64,000 bases of DNA from an uncultured virus (IMG/VR IMGVR_UViG_3300042691_023467) (taxonomy: Duplodnaviria > Heunggongvirae > Uroviricota > Caudoviricetes): IMG/VR virus record IMGVR_UViG_3300042691_023467; one strand, 5' to 3'. Below, one piece after another: positions 9,876 to 18,636 of this stretch (position 1 is its first letter; every line of letters begins with the position of its first letter). A model generated the notes under the pieces. That model had not been told where the DNA came from. It saw only the letters and a list, made by a program, of their open reading frames with translations, and searched no databases. The position numbers and the translations under genes were made by a program.

Positions 9876-10831
9876 TATAAAGAATTTAAAATAAAGCTAG
9901 GGTCTATTTTGTTTGTATCTTCAAACATAGCTTTTTCATTAAAGTCTTTATAGTTTCCATCCGTCCATCTAAATACAAATTCTCCATTATTTAACAATTC
10001 TATCGTTTTTTCTCTTGAAGAATCATCAATAATAGGATTATCCAAAACCCAAATTCTTTTATGCATTGGAAATTCAGATAATTGGATGCTTTGAGATTTT
10101 GTTAAATTTAACCCTGCGGCAGCTACTCCATTTTTAACAAACATTGCATCTATCGGCCCCTCAAATATAAAAATATAAGGAAAATTAATATCTATTTTAT
10201 CGATGTTAAAAATAGTTTTTTCATATCCACTCTTACCTAAATATTTTGGTATCGTATCGTCCAATGCTCTAGTCTGGTAAAACGCAATTTTTTTATTTCT
10301 ATCATAGAATGGTATGCATAAACGATTTTTATGTATAAAATCAGATAATGAAATAAAAAGATTATTCGGTTTGTTAACAGCATCGAATAATTTTCTTTCT
10401 TTTATATATTTCAAAGCTTTTAAAACGTAAGCATTAGATTTATAAAAAAGAACTTGAGATGGATCGAATAGATTTATAGAATCAAACGGAAGATCTGGTA
10501 ATTCTTTTTTACTAGTATTAGATAATGCAGATAATCTTTTATCTATGTTTATAAAATTATCATTACATAAAATTTCAGAATCAATTTCTTCTTTAGTCAA
10601 TCCGGAAACTTGAACTATCCAATTAAAAGCAGACCATGTTTTAGAACAATTAAAACAATGAAAAGTATTAGACTCTGGATAAAAGAAAAGCCTTTTCTTA
10701 CGCCCTAAACTTTTACCTTCTCTGCAAATAGGACATCCGGCATTATACGTATCGTCATGTTTTCTATGTGTAGGTTCAATAGAATATGAAAAAAACTTGT
10801 TTAAAACATAACTAGTTGGTATCTTGGCCAT
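9872..10831 (-). CDS. gp61: DNA primase (T4 gp61-like)
   Basis: Zn ribbon CPIC...HCFNC; RLCIPFY..FYQTRAL..PKY; TOPRIM FEGPIDAMF, VLDN, KDFNE. Confidence 0.93.
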   Translation of the reverse strand: MAKIPTSYVLNKFFSYSIEPTHRKHDDTYNAGCPICREGKSLGRKKRLFFYPESNTFHCFNCSKTWSAFNWIVQVSGLTKEEIDSEILCNDNFINIDKRLSALSNTSKKELPDLPFDSINLFDPSQVLFYKSNAYVLKALKYIKERKLFDAVNKPNNLFISLSDFIHKNRLCIPFYDRNKKIAFYQTRALDDTIPKYLGKSGYEKTIFNIDKIDINFPYIFIFEGPIDAMFVKNGVAAAGLNLTKSQSIQLSEFPMHKRIWVLDNPIIDDSSREKTIELLNNGEFVFRWTDGNYKDFNEKAMFEDTNKIDPSFILNSLY

Positions 10832-10838
10832 GGCTTAA

Positions 10839-10867
10839 AAGATAAACGTTATGTATCAAAATATCAA
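10839..10867 (-). promoter_or_regulatory. sigma70-like promoter for primase
   Basis: TTGATA-N17-TATCTT, 7 nt before ATG 10831. Confidence 0.5.
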
Positions 10868-11535
10868 GTATATTTTTTTGGTACGTATAACCCTTGATCG
10901 GGAACAGAAATATCAGAAATTAAACTTTTATCTTCACCAAACGGTAAACCATCAGCTTGAATATAAAATTCAGTCATTTTTATTCTTTCCTCTGGATTTC
11001 CAAAAATTTCTATTAAAGCTGGGGAGTCATCTTTTGGAAAAACTCTTCCATCTCCTCTATTATAAGAGTCTTGAAAGGCTTTAAAAATAGTATCTATTTC
11101 CTCTCTATATACAGGATCGATACTTCTTAACCCATCGTCTTTGATTTCAATATTAGAAAATTTAGTTAGTGGGAGAAAAAATAATACATCATACAACTTA
11201 AGAGTTTCTCTGACGATTATTCTCGTTTGATCGAGAAATTTATCAGATACTTTATCATATAGATGTAACCATGACGAATATGCTAAATTATCTAATACGG
11301 ATCGGTCTAAAATAACAAATTCTTTTTTTGATTCTTCTATAGCTTGATCTACTAAAGCATCAAGAATTATTTTTTGTGATTCTTCCGTTCCGTTTTCGTT
11401 ACAGGGAAGGTTTTTTTCTTTTATAATATCCCTATAAGTTTTTTGGGGAGTTTCGTACATGGTCCATTTCTTTAAAAAATCGGAAATGTACGTTGTTTTA
11501 CCTGTGTTTTGAGAACCTACTACAGCTATTTTCAT
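10864..11535 (-). CDS. P-loop nucleotide kinase-like ATPase (AAA_28 / dNMP kinase-like)
   Basis: N-terminal Walker A GSQNTGKTT; ILDRSVLDNLAY; YDVLFFLP; DDGLR. Confidence 0.8.
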   Translation of the reverse strand: MKIAVVGSQNTGKTTYISDFLKKWTMYETPQKTYRDIIKEKNLPCNENGTEESQKIILDALVDQAIEESKKEFVILDRSVLDNLAYSSWLHLYDKVSDKFLDQTRIIVRETLKLYDVLFFLPLTKFSNIEIKDDGLRSIDPVYREEIDTIFKAFQDSYNRGDGRVFPKDDSPALIEIFGNPEERIKMTEFYIQADGLPFGEDKSLISDISVPDQGLYVPKKYT

Positions 11536-11807
11536 AAATCTTCTATGTTTTGCGTTGAAATATCAGGGAATAACTCGATAGCTTCGTCTGTATGCTCGTC
11601 TTCATTTATGCAAGTTATAACTTCTAAGTTTTCAACCAAAACGTCTGTGTGTTGCGATCTTATTTTCTTTGCAAGTTCAAAGAATGATTTAGAATAATCT
11701 AAATCAAAATTTCCAATTATATCTACTGATGATGAATATAGTAAAGTTTCTAAAACCATTCTTAATTCATCTTTACTAAGATTTAAAGTATAATTTTTAT
11801 TAATCAT
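11532..11807 (-). CDS. Hypothetical protein
   Basis: 91-aa ORF with 4-nt overlap to the kinase gene and its own promoter. Confidence 0.6.
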   Translation of the reverse strand: MINKNYTLNLSKDELRMVLETLLYSSSVDIIGNFDLDYSKSFFELAKKIRSQHTDVLVENLEVITCINEDEHTDEAIELFPDISTQNIEDL

Positions 11808-11816
11808 AATAAAATT

Positions 11817-11844
11817 ATTATACTTATTTTTTATTAAAAATCAA
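11817..11844 (-). promoter_or_regulatory. sigma70-like promoter
   Basis: TTGATT-N16-TATAAT, 9 nt before ATG 11807. Confidence 0.55.
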
Positions 11845-11851
11845 TTTTTTT

Positions 11852-12238
11852 TTATTCGAAATCGCTATTTGGTACGTTTTTAGGGTTTGTATCTATTGTT
11901 TCTACTGGATTAAAAACTCCGTTTAACGTATCAATTATTTTTTTAATGTTTTCATCTGACTCGTCATCGGAAAGCATTTTTATTCTTTCTACGTCAGTAC
12001 TGTTTAATTCTTTATTTTGACCGTAAAAATTCTTTAATGATTTTAAAACTGATACTATTTGTTGATTTGATGCGACTGGTAATTCAGATTTTTCATCTGA
12101 TAACGGAGTGGGTTGTTGTGCGTCAGGTGGCATATCTTGAGCTTGATCAGCACCCGCAACTGGAGCATCCTGAAGACCGTTTTGTTCGTTTATGGTTTTT
12201 CTTATTTTTTCACAAATAGATATAAATTTGCTATTCAT
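11852..12238 (-). CDS. Hypothetical late protein (possible head-internal protein)
   Basis: Start reassigned to MNSKF (12238), 5 nt after TAAATA (12244-12249). The longer ORF call overlaps the + strand lipoprotein gene. Confidence 0.6.
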   Translation of the reverse strand: MNSKFISICEKIRKTINEQNGLQDAPVAGADQAQDMPPDAQQPTPLSDEKSELPVASNQQIVSVLKSLKNFYGQNKELNSTDVERIKMLSDDESDENIKKIIDTLNGVFNPVETIDTNPKNVPNSDFE

Positions 12239-12280
12239 AAACATATTTACCAAAAAAATATTAATTTTAAATGTATAAAT

Positions 12281-12288
12281 TATAAATA
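12281..12288 (+). promoter_or_regulatory. T4-type late promoter TATAAATA
   Basis: Exact T4 late consensus, 5 nt before ATG 12294. Confidence 0.65.
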
Positions 12289-12293
12289 TTAAT

Positions 12294-12578
12294 ATGATTA
12301 AATATTTTTTAGCCGTTATTTGTTTATTTTTAATATCCTGTAAAACAATAAAAAAGAAGGATGAACCAACACCTCCACAAATAAGCACTGGTATATTAAA
12401 AGAATCTTTATTAAATACTAGAACCAATTTATCTAATGCTGGAGATTTAAATAACAAAATATCATATCAACTAGATAAAGCAATGAGTTTAGCAGAACAA
12501 ATAGATTTTATTCTTTCTAAAATAGAAGAAGAACAATCAAAACCAAATTTTAAAACTGAAATCATAAAAAACCCATGA
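12294..12578 (+). CDS. Lipoprotein, putative o-spanin-like
   Basis: Signal peptide II with lipobox LISC, Pro-rich linker, helical segment; in the lysis cluster. Confidence 0.6.
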   Translation: MIKYFLAVICLFLISCKTIKKKDEPTPPQISTGILKESLLNTRTNLSNAGDLNNKISYQLDKAMSLAEQIDFILSKIEEEQSKPNFKTEIIKNP

Positions 12579-13057
12579 AAAAAATAATATTACTTTGTTT
12601 ATTGTTGACTGCTTCTTCTTTATACAGTCAAACCAATACATTATCAGAAGCTAGGAGATTACTCCAATTACAAAAAAAAGAACTTCTATCCGCAAAAGAA
12701 GAAAATAGAAAACTTGCTTCTGCTTTAAATGATTCTTTTGTTAAAATAACTCAAGGTGAAGTTCATTTAGCGGAAGTGCAAACTGCTGCTGATACTATAA
12801 GACAATGGGGAATTGAACAACAAAGCGAATCAATGAATAATTTCAATCAAATGATGATTGAAAAAAAGGAAAAAGAAAAAACTATTAAAAAATATCATTT
12901 TTCTAAGTTATTAAATTCTATAACAGCATCTATTCTAGGTTTAGTTCTAGGTTTAAACTTAATGAGATATGTTCCGCCGATTTATTCTTATTACGCTCCA
13001 TTTCTTCCATTACTAGGTGCAATACTTGGGTTTATTTTAATTTGGTTGATATTGTGA
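12575..13057 (+). CDS. Secreted coiled-coil membrane protein, putative spanin component
   Basis: N-terminal signal sequence, ~90-aa coiled coil, two C-terminal hydrophobic helices; ATGA overlap with the lipoprotein gene. Confidence 0.55.
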   Translation: MKKIILLCLLLTASSLYSQTNTLSEARRLLQLQKKELLSAKEENRKLASALNDSFVKITQGEVHLAEVQTAADTIRQWGIEQQSESMNNFNQMMIEKKEKEKTIKKYHFSKLLNSITASILGLVLGLNLMRYVPPIYSYYAPFLPLLGAILGFILIWLIL

Positions 13058-13660
13058 TGTTTTAAAACATATAAAGTGTCTATAAAATTTAAATTTTAAA
13101 AATAAAAAACATAAATCTAAAAAAGATATTTTATATTTTAATAAAATCTTAAAAAAATCAAAAACTGATATGTTTTTATCATTTTTATCTGTTATATGAA
13201 AATGATAAACATAAACTACATATTTTTCGTTATCTTTTTTAGGTAAAAAATAAAAAATATTTTCTTTTTTATTATTAGTATAATATATCCAATAAAATGT
13301 GGTTTTTTTATTTGTTATACACCATTTAGTATTTTTACCGTATTTTGCACATGCTTCATAAGTTTTAGGTGTTAAAACTGTTATTAAATCGTTTTCATAT
13401 ATTTTTGTGATTTGTTTAAATTTTTTTTGTTGTTCATATTTTTTATCAAGATTATATATAAAATCTTGAAATTCCTTTGAAGTTTTTTTTAACCAAAAAG
13501 ATATATCGTTTTGTGGACTTTTTATAATTTTTTTATTTACATAAAACAAAAATTTATTTAATTCGTATTTTGTTTCATTTTCAATATCTATTAGTAATTC
13601 AGCATTATTAATATATTTTATTTTGGATTGAAGCAACGTTTCGTATAGTTTATTGAACAT
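13037..13660 (-). CDS. Hypothetical protein with PKTYEAC.KYG.NTKWCIT motif
   Basis: Likely start MFNKLYE (13660); extremely AT-rich; inverted within the lysis cassette. Confidence 0.55.
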   Translation of the reverse strand: MFNKLYETLLQSKIKYINNAELLIDIENETKYELNKFLFYVNKKIIKSPQNDISFWLKKTSKEFQDFIYNLDKKYEQQKKFKQITKIYENDLITVLTPKTYEACAKYGKNTKWCITNKKTTFYWIYYTNNKKENIFYFLPKKDNEKYVVYVYHFHITDKNDKNISVFDFFKILLKYKISFLDLCFLFLKFKFYRHFICFKTSQYQPN

Positions 13661-13717
13661 AAAAGAACCAAATTTGGTTTTAAATGTTTTTTCTTCTAAA
13701 TTAAACTGCATAAATAA

Positions 13718-13725
13718 TATAAATA
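13718..13725 (+). promoter_or_regulatory. T4-type late promoter TATAAATA
   Basis: Exact consensus, 5 nt before ATG 13731. Confidence 0.65.
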
Positions 13726-13730
13726 TTTAT

Positions 13731-14153
13731 ATGTTTGGTAAAATTTTACAAAATGTTAAAAATTTAACTTGGTTTTTACACTCTGGAGTTGCTCCAAAAA
13801 ACGTTCCAGATAGATATAAACGAAATTTAGAAGATATAAATCACATGGCATCAAAGAAATTTGCTATGACTATGGTTGCTATATCTATAATTGCGTTTAT
13901 GTATTTTACTTCGGTTGCTATTTTATTTCTTTTTAAAGGAGAGCCTCATGTATCAGCATTAGTTAATATGTACAAAGATATGATTATCTCTGTAGCATCT
14001 ATAGCGGCTACTTTGGTCGGTATACAAGGATTGGTTGATTGGAAACACAATTCATCATCAAATGTTGAATTAAGCTCTGAGTATATTAAAGAAGAAATAG
14101 TAGAAACATTAACAAATAACACAAAAGAAGATGATTATGAAACCACCATCTGA
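13731..14153 (+). CDS. Putative holin (two transmembrane helices)
   Basis: SKKF followed by two hydrophobic helices and a charged C-tail; overlaps the endolysin start; start moved to MFGK at 13731. Confidence 0.6.
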   Translation: MFGKILQNVKNLTWFLHSGVAPKNVPDRYKRNLEDINHMASKKFAMTMVAISIIAFMYFTSVAILFLFKGEPHVSALVNMYKDMIISVASIAATLVGIQGLVDWKHNSSSNVELSSEYIKEEIVETLTNNTKEDDYETTI

Positions 14154-14748
14154 AAAAGCATTAGAACTACTACTCAAACATGAAGTAGGAGGAGGTAAGA
14201 ACTACTATGAAAAATATCTATCTGGTTTTACATGGCCGGGTGGTGCAAGTGGACCCACTATTGCTATAGGAATTGATTGCGCTTATTACACAAAAAAAGA
14301 ATTAGAAGATATTTTTCATTTTTTAGATTCTAAATCAATACAAATAATTCAAAATGCATCAGGAAAAAAAGGAATTTCTGGAAAAGAATATACAAAGATA
14401 TTAGCAAAATCAAAAATTAAAGTATCTTGGGAACAAGCATTAGAGATTTTCAATAAGATAACATGGCCTAAGTTTTCTAAAATGGCGGAAACAATATATC
14501 CAGATTTAAATACATTATGCGATGATGCTTATGGGGCTATAGTATCTTTAGTTTTTAATAGAGGAACTAGTTTAAAAGGAGATTCTAGACTGGAAATGAG
14601 AAATATAAAAGATTTCATAAGTAAAAAAGATTATAAATCTATAGCTAATGAAATAAGAAAAATGAAACGTTTATGGTTAGGTAAAAACTTAGACGGATTG
14701 ATCAGAAGAAGAGAAGACGAAGCTATTTTAGTTGAAAGTTGTTCATGA
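14131..14748 (+). CDS. Endolysin, lysozyme fold (pesticin-C / GH24-like)
   Basis: LLKHEVG (catalytic Glu), WPGGASGPTIAIGID, AIVSLVFNRG, GLIRRREDEA. Confidence 0.85.
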   Translation: MIMKPPSEKALELLLKHEVGGGKNYYEKYLSGFTWPGGASGPTIAIGIDCAYYTKKELEDIFHFLDSKSIQIIQNASGKKGISGKEYTKILAKSKIKVSWEQALEIFNKITWPKFSKMAETIYPDLNTLCDDAYGAIVSLVFNRGTSLKGDSRLEMRNIKDFISKKDYKSIANEIRKMKRLWLGKNLDGLIRRREDEAILVESCS

Positions 14749-14930
14749 TACAAAAATTTAGAGATCCAAATATTATTAATTTAGAAGATCAAGTATATTC
14801 TAAATTAAAAGAATTATATAAAGACGATATAGAACCAACTATAATAAAAAATAAAACAAAGTTTGTTTCATTTGAAGATGCTATCAAAGAATTAGCAGAA
14901 ATAAAAAAAAATTCTATTAAATTATTTTAA
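14739..14930 (+). CDS. Small hypothetical protein
   Basis: Follows the endolysin; probable ATGA-coupled start at 14745. Confidence 0.5.
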   Translation: MFMIQKFRDPNIINLEDQVYSKLKELYKDDIEPTIIKNKTKFVSFEDAIKELAEIKKNSIKLF

Positions 14931-15013
14931 TATATTAAGTGTATTATAGTATATTAATCTATTTAAATATTAAAATTAAGATCAAATACTAAAATTAAAA
15001 CAACCACATTAAT

Positions 15014-15042
15014 ATCTTATTGCTGATTAATTCCAAAGTCAA
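15014..15042 (-). promoter_or_regulatory. Orphan sigma70-like promoter
   Basis: TTGACT-N17-TAAGAT; only a 4-codon ORF (MWLF) follows. Confidence 0.5.
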
Positions 15043-15048
15043 GTGTTT

Positions 15049-15531
15049 TTATTTTATTTTTTTTAATAAAACTTGAAGTGCTTCCTCTTCTTCACCGGAA
15101 GGGATTAAACAAGGTATATCGAAGAAACTACCTTTTTTATGTTTAAAATTTAACGCATTATGTTTATTTTCAATAAAATTAGGTAAATTTTTCTTACAAA
15201 GTTTTTTAGTTATTTCAATAAACTTATTAGTATCATCAAAATAAGCAGTCCATTCATAAAAACTAGAATTTATATTAAAAAAACATAAAACATCACAATT
15301 TATTTTGTTTGAATGGTTCAAAACCTTTTGAACATCATTTTTAATTTTGTTTTCTAAGAATGATTTTACCATTTTAGTTTTAAAAATCACTTTCCCATCT
15401 TTAAACAAAGACCAATTATAAAGATAATCTACTGTTTCAGCTCCTAACTGCTGAATATACTCGTATATATCAAAAATTATTATGTTTTCTTTTATATAGA
15501 AAGAAAAATAAACTCTATCGTTCAATTTCAC
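15049..15531 (-). CDS. Hypothetical protein
   Basis: 160-aa ORF with GTG start. Confidence 0.55.
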   Translation of the reverse strand: MKLNDRVYFSFYIKENIIIFDIYEYIQQLGAETVDYLYNWSLFKDGKVIFKTKMVKSFLENKIKNDVQKVLNHSNKINCDVLCFFNINSSFYEWTAYFDDTNKFIEITKKLCKKNLPNFIENKHNALNFKHKKGSFFDIPCLIPSGEEEEALQVLLKKIK

Positions 15532-15554
15532 ATTACGATTATAATACTTTTATA

Positions 15555-15980
15555 TTAAAATTCAATACCTATAAATGTTTTTGGTGGAGAACCAATTCTA
15601 ACATTTATTATTCCATTATAATAGTCTTCTTTAAGAAGAACATTTTTTTCTAATTGCATTTTACATTCAAAATACGCTAACTCCCATTTACAACTACACG
15701 TTTTTAAAATGGTAAACGTAAAATTTTCTTTACCATACTTCTTAATGTCCTCATTTAGATCGTTAGAAGACCCTGTGTATGTTTTCCAGTCCGATTCTTT
15801 GAAATCTATCCGACATCTCTTTTTACCCTTTAACGGCTTTCTTCTTATTTTTGATTTTATTTGTTTTTTACCGATATACTTTTTATTTGTAATGTTATTT
15901 TTTATTTCGTATATAAAACCAAATGTTTCTTCATTAACATGAACGTTTTCACTTAAAACCCAATGTCCAAAATCATTCAT
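15555..15980 (-). CDS. GIY-YIG family endonuclease (stand-alone, Seg-like)
   Basis: FGFIYEIKN..TNKKYIGKK, WKTYTGSS, DIKKYGKENF, E..Q, YYNG.I. Confidence 0.85.
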   Translation of the reverse strand: MNDFGHWVLSENVHVNEETFGFIYEIKNNITNKKYIGKKQIKSKIRRKPLKGKKRCRIDFKESDWKTYTGSSNDLNEDIKKYGKENFTFTILKTCSCKWELAYFECKMQLEKNVLLKEDYYNGIINVRIGSPPKTFIGIEF

Positions 15981-16186
15981 AAAGATCTTCTTTGTAAATT
16001 TCTTCTTATTATTTTTATTTTTTTCTTCTTTTTCTTTTTAGGAGATCCAGATATAGCCATTGCCATTTTTATATTAGGATCTGTTACTACATTACCTGTT
16101 GCTTCTCCTCCACTCATGAGAGCATCACCAACAGAATTCATGTTTTCTAAAATATTATTAACTAAACGTTGAAAATTGTTAAACAT
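15977..16186 (-). CDS. Small basic protein (possible DNA-binding head-internal protein)
   Basis: MFNNFQRLVNNILEN leader and poly-Lys/Arg C-terminus; ATGA overlap with the GIY-YIG gene. Confidence 0.5.
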   Translation of the reverse strand: MFNNFQRLVNNILENMNSVGDALMSGGEATGNVVTDPNIKMAMAISGSPKKKKKKKIKIIRRNLQRRSL

Positions 16187-16209
16187 ATGTTATGCTATTT
16201 TATATATTT

Positions 16210-16608
16210 ATGGATGTTATATCAAAATATAACGAAGAATTATTAGAAGATTTAAAACTGGATCAATTGAATATTTTAGATAAACAATTGATGCTTCCTG
16301 CTTTAAAGCATAAATGGGTGTCTCGTTTAATACTAACAAAAAAACAAAAAAACGACTTAGAAAAGAAAAAGAAGTCTCTTAAAGACGAAGTTTTAAAAAA
16401 AATAGAAGAAGATGGATTACCAAATGGTGTTCCTAAAGTCGCTTTAAAAACAAAAGTAGATAACACAAAAACTATTATAGATATAAATCTAACTATAGAA
16501 GAATGTGAGTTAGTAATAGAGTATTTGGAAAAGGTGGAAAAAATTTTAAGTTCCATGACTTATGATATAACAAATTCTACAAAACTTTTATCAATGGAAC
16601 TATCATGA
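16210..16608 (+). CDS. uvsY: Recombination mediator UvsY-like
   Basis: EDLKLD..N....Q...PALKHKW, helical, YLEKVEK....MTYDITN; directly upstream of uvsW. Confidence 0.75.
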   Translation: MDVISKYNEELLEDLKLDQLNILDKQLMLPALKHKWVSRLILTKKQKNDLEKKKKSLKDEVLKKIEEDGLPNGVPKVALKTKVDNTKTIIDINLTIEECELVIEYLEKVEKILSSMTYDITNSTKLLSMELS

Positions 16609-18023
16609 TAACGGTAAAACTATCTCAAAATAAAAAACAAGCACAATTATTATCAACAGATAATGATGATTTCTGTTTAATTAGAGAAAATTTTTCAATA
16701 CCATTCAAATCTTTTTCAAAAAATAAAAAGTTTTTCCCTCAACGTAAGTATGCTATCACGCCATCTGGAAAATTTGATATAGGTTTAATATCAGAAATTA
16801 AAAATTTCATGGAACTTAATCAAATTCCATATGAAATAGACGAAGAAACAAAAAAATGTTTTGAAATAGGATTTAAAGATCCAATTATAAAACAATATTC
16901 GTTATCCTATAGAGATCATCAACAGAAATCTATAAAAAACGCATTGGTAAAGGGTAGAGGAGTTGTTGTAATTCCTACTGCCGGTGGAAAAACTCTCATA
17001 ATGTGCTCAATTATAGAAAGTTTAAGACAAAATTTAAATGATCTTAACGCAAAATCACTTGTTATAGTACCTTCAATTCAATTAGTAGAGCAAACTGCTA
17101 AAGATTTTGAAGATTATGGCATGAAAAATATTACTAAATGGTCGGGAAACAACAAACCAGACCCAAACGCAACCACTATAATAGCTGGAATGCAAATATT
17201 ATTATCAGATAAAACAGATTTGTCGTTTTTATCTGACGTTAAGATTTTTTTAAACGATGAATGTCATGGAACTAAAAAAGCAAACGAAATAAACAACGTT
17301 TTTAACTTTTTAAATACAAACTATAGATTTGGATTTACAGGAACGATGCCACCATGTAAATTAGATTGTTGGAATATAATTGGCAAACTGGGACCAATAG
17401 TATACGAAGAAAAAACAGATGATTTGAAACAAAAAAAATATATTTCAAATTTTAAAGTTTTTATTTTGAAAATAAATCACAACCCAGTTCCTAAATTTCC
17501 AATAGATATAAACAATCCTACTGATTCTTATAACAAAGAGTTGGAGTTTTTAATACATAACGATAAAAGAAACGAAACGATTTGCAATTTAGCTAATAAA
17601 TTAAAAAATAATACTATTATAATGGTTGATAGAATAGATCATGGTATAAATTTAAGCTCTAAACTAGAGAAAACAACGACCAGACCATTTTATTTTATAC
17701 GCGGCTCTACTGATATTGAAGAAAGAGAAAAAATCAGGTCTTTAATGGAAGAAAGAAACGATATAATCGTTATAGCAGTATCAAAAATATTCAGCACCGG
17801 TATTAACATACCTAATTTACATAACATAATCTTTGCAACAGCAGGAAAAGCTAAAATAAAGATCATGCAATCCATAGGAAGAGCATTAAGGTTGCATCCA
17901 ACTAAAACTATGGCGTATATTTTTGACATATCAGATAATACTAGATATGGAACAAAACATTTAGAAGAAAGAGAACAACTTTATTTAACAGAAAATTATA
18001 ATTATGAGAAAAAAGAAATATAA
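16605..18023 (+). CDS. uvsW: SF2 DNA helicase UvsW
   Basis: YRDHQ, PTAGGKT, IVPSIQLVEQ, DECH, GFTGT, FSTGINIPNLHNIIFA, QSIGRALR. Confidence 0.95.
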   Translation: MITVKLSQNKKQAQLLSTDNDDFCLIRENFSIPFKSFSKNKKFFPQRKYAITPSGKFDIGLISEIKNFMELNQIPYEIDEETKKCFEIGFKDPIIKQYSLSYRDHQQKSIKNALVKGRGVVVIPTAGGKTLIMCSIIESLRQNLNDLNAKSLVIVPSIQLVEQTAKDFEDYGMKNITKWSGNNKPDPNATTIIAGMQILLSDKTDLSFLSDVKIFLNDECHGTKKANEINNVFNFLNTNYRFGFTGTMPPCKLDCWNIIGKLGPIVYEEKTDDLKQKKYISNFKVFILKINHNPVPKFPIDINNPTDSYNKELEFLIHNDKRNETICNLANKLKNNTIIMVDRIDHGINLSSKLEKTTTRPFYFIRGSTDIEEREKIRSLMEERNDIIVIAVSKIFSTGINIPNLHNIIFATAGKAKIKIMQSIGRALRLHPTKTMAYIFDISDNTRYGTKHLEEREQLYLTENYNYEKKEI

Positions 18024-18636
18024 AAAAGAAGAAGACTTCGGATACGAAGATTTAATCGAAGAAACCATACAAGACGAACCATTTAACGATCTTGACGATG
18101 AAGAAGACCGCTTTTCATTCATTGAGAGAGAAATCGAACCGGAAGTTGTAGATGAAGATGACTTGGAAGAAGAAATTGAAGAAGTAGTAGAAACCGAAGT
18201 AGAAAAAAAGCAAAAAAAGAAGTCTCAAAAACAAAAATTTTATGTAGATCCAAAAGAATTTGACAAAGAGATAATGGACTACTATGGTAGTGGGAATATA
18301 TCAAATAATTTAGCTGATATGATAAGTAAAATTTCTCATAAATTAAGTTATGCTAGTAATTTTATAAATTACAGCTACAGAGAAGAAATGGTTGGTGATG
18401 GAATAGTAAGAATGATGAAAGCTCTTTTAGCAAAAAAGTATGATCGAGAAAAAGCAAGCAATCCATTCTCTTATTTTACAAAAATAGCGTTTAACGCATT
18501 TAGAAATAGAATAAAAAAAGAAAAACATATTCACGAAACCCATGAAAAGTATCAAGAACAATTAAATTTGCTATCTTCTAATTATAATTTGATAACTAAA
18601 AATAAAAATACTAAAATAAACAAAATAGATAGATGA
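18004..18636 (+). CDS. gp55: Late-transcription sigma factor (T4 gp55-like) with acidic N-terminal extension
   Basis: FYVDPKEF, KLSYASNFINYSYREEMVGDG, YD...SNPFSYFTKIAFNAF.NRIKKEK. Confidence 0.92.
   Translation: MRKKKYKKEEDFGYEDLIEETIQDEPFNDLDDEEDRFSFIEREIEPEVVDEDDLEEEIEEVVETEVEKKQKKKSQKQKFYVDPKEFDKEIMDYYGSGNISNNLADMISKISHKLSYASNFINYSYREEMVGDGIVRMMKALLAKKYDREKASNPFSYFTKIAFNAFRNRIKKEKHIHETHEKYQEQLNLLSSNYNLITKNKNTKINKIDR

Noticed and set aside
12239..12457. N-terminal extension of ORF 11852..12457
   Set aside because: It overlaps the lipoprotein gene antisense and the divergent promoter region; the start at 12238 fits better.
15555..15980. GIY-YIG gene as a mobile homing element
   Set aside because: It is only a catalytic-size domain without DNA-binding extensions, does not interrupt a gene, and is coupled to its neighbour.
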